Part shown: one piece after another, positions 24,925-32,288 of the stretch
Layout: the number at the start of each line of letters is the position of its first letter
Position numbering within the stretch: position 1 is the first letter of the stretch
Origin: a virus
Taxonomy: Duplodnaviria > Caudoviricetes
Length of the DNA stretch: 32,288 bases
Virus record (IMG/VR): IMGVR_UViG_3300042247_000016
Span: 1 to 32,288 of that record
Strand: one strand, 5' to 3'
Translations under genes and position numbers: made by a program
The notes under the pieces: model-generated
Databases searched by the model: none
The model's input: only the letters and a program-made list of their open reading frames with translations
What the model was told of the DNA's origin: nothing

Positions 24925-26323
24925 ATGGGCAGTCTGGGCGGCAGCAGCAAGAGCAAGAGTGAGAGCAAGCCCCTGACGCCGGCGCAGGTGCAGGGTTATT
25001 ACAACCAGCTGAACACGAATTCCGGCGGGCGGCTGGCGGATTTCGCGCGCAATGGTACGCAGCCGACGCAGTACACGCCGGTTGGCGCGCCGGAGCGGGT
25101 GACGGGCGCTTCTATTGACTACGAACCGCTGGATTTCAGGGAGCAGCTGAATGCGCCCAGGGTGGCGCCGGCTGCGCAGGCGAATTACAGCCCCGTGAAT
25201 AGACAGGTGACGGCACCGAAAGCGTTGGGCTACGGGGTCAATTACACGCCTTACGACTACAGCGCTCTGCTGCAGCAGCCTACCGTTGGCGCTGCGGCGC
25301 AGGCGTCTGTGTCGCCGATTGACGCGCCGGCTGCGGTGGCGGCCCCAACGGCCGCCACGCGCGAGGTGGGGTATACGGAGTTGACGCCGGAGCAGGCGAC
25401 GGCGGTCGGCGGTCTGGGCGCGCTGCGCGAGCAGCAGGCGCGCCGCGCGAATTCGCAGACACTGGCGCAGTACGCGGCTGATCCGGGCTTGAGTACGTTC
25501 CAGCGCTTGCGCGCCAATCAGTTGGAGCAACAGGATTTCGGCGCCACGCTGGATGCGCTGGCGCAGGAGCGCGAAGCGGCGATCGTGCAGTTGTTGGCGG
25601 ATCAGCGCGCGAGGACGCTGCAGGCCGATCTGGCCAACCAGGCCGAAGTCAACAGGGGGGCGCAGTTCAACGCCACGCAGCAGGCGTCGGCCGATCAGTT
25701 CAATGTGGGCGCGGCGCTGGATGCGAGCAAGGCAAATCAGTCCAATGCGCAGGCTGTGGGCCTGACAAATGCCAACAACAGCACTGCCATGACTCAGCTG
25801 GCGGCGCAGCTGGGCATGGATTACCAGAGCCTGATCGGCGGTCTGACCAGTACCGAACAGGGACGCCCGCAACCAGGCGAGCCAGTTCAACGCCGCGCAG
25901 CAGGCGGCGGCGAGCCAGTTCAACGTGGCCACGGCACTGGCCGATGCGCAGCGGGAGTTCGAGGCCAGCCGGGCCAACCAGGACGCGATCAACAATGCCG
26001 CCCAGCTGCAGGCGCGGCTTGGCATGGACTACGAACAGCTGCTCGGCGGTCTGACCAGTACGGAACAGGGCCGCCTGTTGCAGGCAGGCCAGTTCAATGC
26101 CGGCCAGCAGTCCACGGCGGATCAGTTCAACGCGAGCCTGGCGCAGTCGTCGGCGCTGACCGAGGCGCAGCGGCAGTATCTGGCGGACGCGGCCAATGCG
26201 GGGTTGTCCGCTGCGGATATGCAGGCGCTGGCGGATATTTTCTTCGGTGGATCGGGGTCGACCAGCACGTCGACGTCGAGGGGTAGTACCGGCCTGTTGG
26301 ACGGCTTGACTGTTGCGGTGTAA
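24925..26323 (+). CDS. Ejection/DNA-transfer protein 1, interrupted by an apparent +1 frameshift near 25867
   Basis: MGSLGGSSKSKSES N-terminus, Q/A/N-rich QFNA repeats; the repeat pattern continues in the 25925..26323 frame to an S/T/G-rich C-terminus. Confidence 0.75.
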
Positions 26324-26326
26324 CCC

Positions 26327-27580
26327 ATGGCCACGCTGAGCATCGATCTGCAGCCGTGGCTGAAGCGGCGGTCTGACGCGGCCGAGGAGGCGCGCAAGAA
26401 GGCCGATCAGGAAGCGGCGCTGCGCCGGGCGTTGGCGCTGCAGGCGTTCGGCGGGGCGCCGGGGACGCAGGAACTGGACCCGTTGCAGCCGGTGCCGGGC
26501 CTGGCCGGGGTGACGGATACGATGAGCCCGCAGGCGGGCTTGCAGCAGGAGCTGGCCAACGACCGGCTGGAGCAGCAGCGCCAGGCGGCGCTGCCGGATG
26601 TGCTGGCGCTGGCGCAGGGGGCGACGCTGCAGCAGGCCGGGCTGGACCCGCAGAAGTTGGCGCAGGCGCGCCTGGAGATGCTGCGCGGGAATCTGCTGGC
26701 CGAGAATGCCGACCGCCTGGCGCCGGCGGCGCGGGTGAATGCGGCGAACAAGCTGGATGTGTCGCCGGTGCGCGCCGAAGGCGGGGTGTTCTACGACCGC
26801 TTCGATCCGCAGGTGCCGTTTATCGGCATGTCCGAACCGGCGGCGGCGCTGGCCGATCAGCGCTGGGCGGCCAGCCGGGCGAATGATGCGCAGGCGCGCC
26901 TGCGCGGGACGCAGGCGGACGCGGCCGGTTTGCGCCTGACGGCGCTGCGGGATGTGTTGGCGAATCCCGGTCTGAATCCGCTGGTGGGGGCGGATGTGGC
27001 GAATTCGCGCACGGTGAGCACGCCGCAGCGGGTGAAGGTGAAGTCCCCCGACGGGGATCAGTATTACGACGCTGTGCGCCGGCCGGACGGCGGTTTCGAT
27101 TACATGCCGGTGACGGACCCGGCCGGCAAGCCGCTGCAGGTGCCGGCCAGCGAAAGCGATCCGCGCACGGCGCTGCAGAAGGACACGGCGTTCATTGCCG
27201 ATACGCTGAATCTGGCGCCGGAGCAGGCGATTCTGTGGAAGTTGCAGTCGCGGCCGCAGAGCGATCAGCAGCTGAGCGATGAAATCGCGCTGCGGTTGTT
27301 GTCGGGTGATCCGGCGGCGGCGCGGTTGGCAACGCGTGATCCGGAGCAGTTCACTGCGCGGGTGGAACAGGTGTTCAAGGCGGTGCGGCCGGGGGTGGCG
27401 GTGCCGGCGCCGTCGAGCGCGGGGCCGGACGGCGCCGCGGGCGCACAGGCGCCCGCCCAGCCGGGGGCGGACGAAGACCCGCGCTATGAGCAGGCGCGCC
27501 AGGCAGTGGCGGCCGGCGCCGATCCGGCCAGGGTGCGCGAGCGGATGCGCAGCCTGGGGCTTGACCCTGATCGGCTGTGA
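26327..27580 (+). CDS. Ejection/internal virion protein 2
   Basis: Ala/Gln-rich helical protein; C-terminal QARQAVAAGADPARVRERM motif; position. Confidence 0.7.
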   Translation: MATLSIDLQPWLKRRSDAAEEARKKADQEAALRRALALQAFGGAPGTQELDPLQPVPGLAGVTDTMSPQAGLQQELANDRLEQQRQAALPDVLALAQGATLQQAGLDPQKLAQARLEMLRGNLLAENADRLAPAARVNAANKLDVSPVRAEGGVFYDRFDPQVPFIGMSEPAAALADQRWAASRANDAQARLRGTQADAAGLRLTALRDVLANPGLNPLVGADVANSRTVSTPQRVKVKSPDGDQYYDAVRRPDGGFDYMPVTDPAGKPLQVPASESDPRTALQKDTAFIADTLNLAPEQAILWKLQSRPQSDQQLSDEIALRLLSGDPAAARLATRDPEQFTARVEQVFKAVRPGVAVPAPSSAGPDGAAGAQAPAQPGADEDPRYEQARQAVAAGADPARVRERMRSLGLDPDRL

Positions 27581-27583
27581 GGC

Positions 27584-30500
27584 GTGGGCGCCTTTGATGA
27601 TCTGATTCCGCGCCGCCCGGCCGCTGGTCCGGTGGCCGGGGCCTTCGATGATCTGGTGCCGGACGGTTCGCCTGTTCGGCCCGGCGGCGGGTCTCCCGCG
27701 GCTGCGCCGGTTGGGGCCTTCGATGATCTGGTGCCGGCCAGACCGGCGCCCGAGGCGCCGCCGGCCGGTCCGATGCCGGGCGCGCAGGCGCGGTTGGCAG
27801 CCGATCCCCTTCCCTCCCCTGCCCTGCCGTTGTTTGCCGGCCAGCCGCCGGCGCAGGCGGCGCTGCCGGTGCAGTCGCCGTTGGCGCGCCTGCTCGATCC
27901 GCGCGAGCGGGCGGCGATGCCGGGCGGCGCGCCGGCGGCACGGGCGAGCGGTGAGCGTGTGGCGCCGGCGGCGGCGCAGGCGGCGGTGGGGCCGCAGGGC
28001 ACGGTGTCGCCGGCGGAGTTCGCCGGGCTGCTGGAGAGTGTGCGCAACGGTCTGGAGTTGACGCCGCAGCAGGATGCGGCGTTGCGGCTGCGGCTGCCGC
28101 CGGAGGGGGTGCGGGCGCTGGATGAGGCGCTTCAGGCGGCGCGCCTGCGCGGGGCGCTGGCCGACGACAGTCCGCTGATTCCGGGTGGCCCGGCGGCCGA
28201 GACGTTCATGGCCGGCGCGGTGCGCGGGGCGACGCTCAATGCGTTGCCGGCGCCGGGCATTGCGGGTGTGCCGGCGGTGGCCGAGGCGATGCAGGCGCGT
28301 GATCAGGCGCGCCGCGGCGAGCATCCGGTGGCGGACATCGGCGGTGAGATTGCCGGCTCGTTGGTGCCGTATGTGGCCGGCGCGCAGGCGCTGCGGGCGG
28401 CACAGGGGGCGGCGGGGGCCGGTGGCGGTCCGGTGGCGCGCGGTATCCAGCGCTTGCTGGGCCGGCCGGCGACGGCGGCCGATACGGCGGCGCTGGTGCG
28501 CGAGGGCGCGACGCTGTCGGCGCCGATCGAGTTTGCGCGCCGGCCGGAAGGCGCCGAGCAGATGACGGCGGGCGAGGAATTGGCCACGCGCGGCGGGCAG
28601 GCGGTGCTCGGCGCCGGGCTGGGCGCGGCTGGCGATGCGCTGCTGGTGGGGGTGCTGGGGCCGGCGCTGCGCCGTGGCGGGCTGGCGGTGGCCGATCTGG
28701 CGACGGCGCTGCGCGACAGGCGCACGGCAGCGGCGCTGGAGGCGGAGGCCAAGCAGGCCGGGTTCGAGTCGGCCGATGCCTATGTGCAGGCCGGCGTGGA
28801 GGTGGTGACGCGCCCGGACGGCACGCAGGTGGTGGTGCCCCGGGCGGATGTGTTGCGGCGGTTGCCGGGGGCGCCAGACAGTGCAGGCGCGGGCGCCCCT
28901 CCCCCGCCTGGCGCGCCGCCGGTTCGCGGCGAGGGCGCCGCTCCCACGGGGGCGCCCGACGCGCCGACGCCGGAGGCGCCGCCGACGCTGCAGGCGCAGT
29001 GGGAGGCGTTCGCGCAGGGTCGCAAGCCGGCGGTGTTGTTGACGCCGGGTGAGGCGTTGCCGGATGTGTTGCCGGCGGGCGCCCGGGTGGCGGACGTTCC
29101 CGGTCGGGGCACGCTGATTTATCGCGATCCGGCGACGCTGGAGGCGGCCCGCGCCGGGCGCATGGGCGAGGCGCTGGGGTACGGCATCGACGAGAAGCCG
29201 ACGGGCACCGATACGGTGGTGACGGCCCGCGACGCGCAGGGGCGCGTGGTGCAGGATGTGGTGACCGACGGCCGGCCGCAGGTGGTGGAGGCCGCCGCGC
29301 AGGCGGCCGGGCCGCAGGGTACGGTGCAGGAACGCACGGCGCAGGCGGCGTTGGAGGAACGCGCGGCGCTGCGGCGGGCGGCCGAGCTGGACCGCCTGGC
29401 CGAACAGGCGCAGGACGCGCAGGTGAAGGCGCTGCTGCGCCAGGAGGCGCAGCGCACGCGCGACCGGGCGGCCGGCATCAAGCCGAAGCTGACGCCGGCG
29501 GAGCGCAACCGGGCGCGGCTGGCGCCGGATTTCGAGCGCGACGATCTGTTGACGCTGATCCGCAAGATGGGCGGCCTGAATGTGGACAGCGGCGACTGGC
29601 GCGGGTATCTGAATCCGGTGGCGGATCGGGTGCCTGGGCTGCCGAATCCGGAGCAAAGCGGCGGGCGCGGCATGGCGCTGGATGATCTGGCGCAGGTGTT
29701 GTGGGAACAGGGTTGGATACCCGAACACAATCTGCAGCTGGTCGAGGAGCTGCTGGACCGGGTGCGCACGGGTGAGAAGTTGTATCACCCGCACAGCGAC
29801 ACGGCGGCCAAGGCGCGGCTGGACGCGCAACGCGAGCGGGACGCGGGGGCGGCGTGGCAGGCGTCCACGGATGAGGATTGGACGTTCGATTTGCCGGGCG
29901 CGCCGGCGGATCGCAGCGCAACCGACTTTGTGTTCGAGAACGAGACCGGCACGGTGGTGCCGGCACGGGCGGTGACGCTCGAGGACCTGGAGCGGATCGA
30001 TGCCGAACGACGAGCTGCCGATGAATGGTTCCGCCGCGAAGGCGGGGAAGACCCTGGACCCGATGAATTCGCCGGCGGACTGGCGGGCGATGGAACGCTG
30101 GGCGTACCGGACCGGCCACCGGGTGCGCTTCAAGGACGGGCGGGCGATGAACCCGGATCGGCAGACGTGGCCGCCGGAGCGGATCGACCGCGAGCTGCCG
30201 GCGCTGCAGGACAGCTCGACCTTGCCGGCCTCCCCGCCCGCAATGAAACCGCCCAGGCCCTAGCGGACCGTGGCCGGGTGGTCGATGCCCGGCTGTCCGG
30301 CGGCGGGCAGGAAGTGCCGATCGACGCCGGGCCGGGGGGCTTGTTCTCGGCCCGGGCGCGCAATCTGGATTTGCTGGACGCGCCGGGGACGCAGGGGGCC
30401 GGGGCGTTTGATGATTTGATTCCGGCGCCGGCGGCGGCGCCGGCGCAGGTGAAAACGCTTTCTCCACAGCCAGAAAATGTTATCGAGTTTCCCCGCCTGT

Positions 30501-32288
30501 TCGGGGATTCCGTTGTCACCGATACCGGCACGCCGATGCGTGAGGGTGGGCGGCCGCTGGTGGTGTATCACGGGAGCCCGGAGCGGGATTTCGCTCGCTT
30601 CGACCCGGAGCGCATAAACAAGAGCGACCCGGACGGGCCGGTTAACGGGTTCTTTTTTTCCACGGATTTCGCTGAGGCCGAGCGCGCGGGCCGGTTCCCG
30701 TGGATGCGCCCGAACGCGCCCGATGCGCAGACGCGTGCCTTTTACCTGTCCATCCGCACGCCGGCAAGCATGGAAGAAGTGACGCGGGCCGCAAAAGACC
30801 TGCGCGGCGGCTGGGTCGATAGGTACCCCAAGGCCAGAAGCCTGCAAGACGCAGTTCGGTTCGAGCTTGAGCGCCGAGGTTTCGATGGCGTGGTAAGGGA
30901 GTACCCCGATGAGCGTGTGTTCGTGGCGTTTCGCCCGGAGCAGATCATATTCACTGCAAACCACAGTGGCGACGCAAGCGGCTTGCGAATTAAAGAGACC
31001 GCACAGCGGGCGGCCGTTCGGTCCGATGTCGCGCCTGAGCCGGCCCCGCCAGCCGACCCGCTGACGCCGCAGCAGCGCGCCAGTTACGAGCGGCTGCGCG
31101 AGGCGGCGGACTTCGAGCCGGAGACGTTGACGCCGGAGCAGTGGCAGATTCTGGAGAATCTGGAACGGCGGGTTCGCGGTGTGTCGCCGTCGCCGGCGCC
31201 GCGGGTGCGCCGTCGGACGATGACGGCCGCCGAGCGGGAGCGCTTGCGGCGGGATTTCGAGGAAGGCGAGTCGGGCTCGGCGGCGGACCTGGAGGCGGAA
31301 TCGGGCGCCCGGCCGCCGGATGTGAGCGGCGGGCCGGTGGCGGCGACCACCCAGCCGCGCGCGCCGCGTGTGGTGTATGAGGCGGTGGATCGCTTGCCGA
31401 CGGCGACGCGCACGGTGCGCACGGCCGAGGATGTGGCGCACCTGGCGGCGACGCTGCGCCGCGATGCGCAGGAATCGGTGCTGGCGGTGGTGACGGACGA
31501 GGCCGGCCAGGTGCTGCGCGTGGCGCGGGTGGCGCGCGGCGGGCTGGGGTCGGCGGCGATCGATCCGCGCGTGGCGGCGGGTGCGGCGACCTCGACGCCG
31601 GGCGGCAAGCAGGTGTGGTTCGTGCACAACCATCCGGCCGGCGAGGCGGCGCAGTCGCCGGCGGATGCCGAGCTGACGGCGTATCTGACCGACCTGCTGC
31701 GCGGCAGCGGGGTGGATGTGCGCGGCATGGTGACGGTGGCGCCGGGCCGCTCGGCGGCGGTGGATGTGCCGGGCCAGGGGCAGCGCACGCTGGTGACGCC
31801 GGCCGGGCGGCGCACGGACGCGGTGCCGGTGCAGGAACGGCGCCTGCGCGGTGCCCCGCGCGAGGCGCCGGTGGCGCGCGAGGATTTGCCGCAGGCGCTG
31901 CCGCAGGAGGAAGGCGTGATGCTGCTGTCCGGCGACGGGCGGCCGGCGCGCTGGGTGCCGATGAGCGCGGATGAGATGCGCCTGTTGCGCCGGGGCGAGG
32001 GCGGGCCATCGCAGCGGCTGCTGGCGGCAATCGACGAGAGCAACGCCGAGCGTCTGGCGGCGCGGGTGACGCACGCCGAGCTGGGCGAGGCGGCGGCGGG
32101 CAATGTGCGGGCCTTCGCGCGGCAGGTGGGGCTGGCCGACGAGGGGGTGTTCGACGCGGCCGGGCGCACGCTGGGCGAGGGTGCCGGGCAGGCGACGTTC
32201 TATGCCAATCCGTTTCTGGCCGGGCTGGCGCCGGTGGCGCGCGAGGTGGGCCGGCATCCGCGGCGCGCAGCGGCGTCGGCCTTTGCCG
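27584..32288 (+). CDS. Giant polyvalent internal virion protein (>1560 aa, truncated by the window) with ART and RadC/JAB domains
   Basis: GTG 27584; the same frame reads sensibly wherever I checked and no stop was seen (the ORF track omits it, presumably because it runs off the edge). ART-PolyVal motifs FGDSVV..G.PLVVYHGS...GFFFS...FYLSI..P...GFDGV...VAFRPEQI (about 30495-30955); JAMM motif QES...HNHPAGEAAQSPAD (about 31400-31750). Confidence 0.85.
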   Translation, partial: MGAFDDLIPRRPAAGPVAGAFDDLVPDGSPVRPGGGSPAAAPVGAFDDLVPARPAPEAPPAGPMPGAQARLAADPLPSPALPLFAGQPPAQAALPVQSPLARLLDPRERAAMPGGAPAARASGERVAPAAAQAAVGPQGTVSPAEFAGLLESVRNGLELTPQQDAALRLRLPPEGVRALDEALQAARLRGALADDSPLIPGGPAAETFMAGAVRGATLNALPAPGIAGVPAVAEAMQARDQARRGEHPVADIGGEIAGSLVPYVAGAQALRAAQGAAGAGGGPVARGIQRLLGRPATAADTAALVREGATLSAPIEFARRPEGAEQMTAGEELATRGGQAVLGAGLGAAGDALLVGVLGPALRRGGLAVADLATALRDRRTAAALEAEAKQAGFESADAYVQAGVEVVTRPDGTQVVVPRADVLRRLPGAPDSAGAGAPPPPGAPPVRGEGAAPTGAPDAPTPEAPPTLQAQWEAFAQGRKPAVLLTPGEALPDVLPAGARVADVPGRGTLIYRDPATLEAARAGRMGEALGYGIDEKPTGTDTVVTARDAQGRVVQDVVTDGRPQVVEAAAQAAGPQGTVQERTAQAALEERAALRRAAELDRLAEQAQDAQVKALLRQEAQRTRDRAAGIKPKLTPAERNRARLAPDFERDDLLTLIRKMGGLNVDSGDWRGYLNPVADRVPGLPNPEQSGGRGMALDDLAQVLWEQGWIPEHNLQLVEELLDRVRTGEKLYHPHSDTAAKARLDAQRERDAGAAWQASTDEDWTFDLPGAPADRSATDFVFENETGTVVPARAVTLEDLERIDAERRAADEWFRREGGEDPGPDEFAGGLAGDGTLGVPDRPPGALQGRAGDEPGSADVAAGADRPRAAGAAGQLDLAGLPARNETAQALADRGRVVDARLSGGGQEVPIDAGPGGLFSARARNLDLLDAPGTQGAGAFDDLIPAPAAAPAQVKTLSPQPENVIEFPRLFGDSVVTDTGTPMREGGRPLVVYHGSPERDFARFDPERINKSDPDGPVNGFFFSTDFAEAERAGRFPWMRPNAPDAQTRAFYLSIRTPASMEEVTRAAKDLRGGWVDRYPKARSLQDAVRFELERRGFDGVVREYPDERVFVAFRPEQIIFTANHSGDASGLRIKETAQRAAVRSDVAPEPAPPADPLTPQQRASYERLREAADFEPETLTPEQWQILENLERRVRGVSPSPAPRVRRRTMTAAERERLRRDFEEGESGSAADLEAESGARPPDVSGGPVAATTQPRAPRVVYEAVDRLPTATRTVRTAEDVAHLAATLRRDAQESVLAVVTDEAGQVLRVARVARGGLGSAAIDPRVAAGAATSTPGGKQVWFVHNHPAGEAAQSPADAELTAYLTDLLRGSGVDVRGMVTVAPGRSAAVDVPGQGQRTLVTPAGRRTDAVPVQERRLRGAPREAPVAREDLPQALPQEEGVMLLSGDGRPARWVPMSADEMRLLRRGEGGPSQRLLAAIDESNAERLAARVTHAELGEAAAGNVRAFARQVGLADEGVFDAAGRTLGEGAGQATFYANPFLAGLAPVAREVGRHPRRAAASAFA
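30000..30263 (+). CDS. Putative nested out-of-frame gene (87 aa) inside the polyvalent protein
   Basis: GGAG 7 nt before ATG 30000; G/C-ending codon bias switches from the host frame to this frame over exactly this interval. Confidence 0.6.
   Translation: MPNDELPMNGSAAKAGKTLDPMNSPADWRAMERWAYRTGHRVRFKDGRAMNPDRQTWPPERIDRELPALQDSSTLPASPPAMKPPRP

Larger units (their letters stand above)
1..32288. mobile_element. Tailed phage/prophage segment, podovirus-like, probably temperate; ends and att sites not visible
   Basis: Canonical module order: immunity switch, replication, terminase, lysis, portal-scaffold-capsid, tail/nozzle, ejection proteins. No host housekeeping genes. No integrase in the window. 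Confidence 0.95.

Noticed and set aside
31141-31380. Second nested ORF in the polyvalent gene (also 31615..31974)
   Set aside because: The host frame keeps its normal codon bias here and the alternative frames are low-complexity
25700-32257. Very long minus-strand ORFs (1477 aa at 25700-30133, 665 aa at 30260-32257) and similar antisense ORFs elsewhere
   Set aside because: Antisense shadows of GC-rich plus-strand genes; R/H/P-rich with no motifs, while the plus frame carries recognisable domains

Overview
The window is a contiguous part of a GC-rich tailed phage or prophage with podovirus-like gene content (no tape measure or sheath seen). From left to right: a leftward early operon with a DEDDy exonuclease; a divergent XRE repressor / Cro-like pair; a DUF1376-type replication initiator with internal 12-bp iteron-like repeats and a lambda-P-like loader; a leftward five-gene operon led by ardC; small and large terminase; a lysis cassette (M15 endolysin, holin-like gene, Rz with nested Rz1); portal, scaffold and major capsid protein; tail, fibre and nozzle genes; and ejection proteins. 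The last of these is a >1560-aa polyvalent protein with ADP-ribosyltransferase and RadC/JAB domains that runs off the right edge and is missing from the ORF track. Most notable observations: (1) a probable out-of-frame gene nested in the polyvalent protein just before its ART domain; (2) a LapG-like cysteine protease among virion genes that a single-base shift would join to a membrane anchor; (3) a second, non-coding copy of the iteron-like repeats at the ardC promoter / terS boundary; (4) a DDxxD terpene-synthase-like protein before the first ejection protein; (5) host-type GTAG REP elements with a compensatory base change; (6) several single-base frameshifts. All family calls come from motif recognition by eye; no database search was run.
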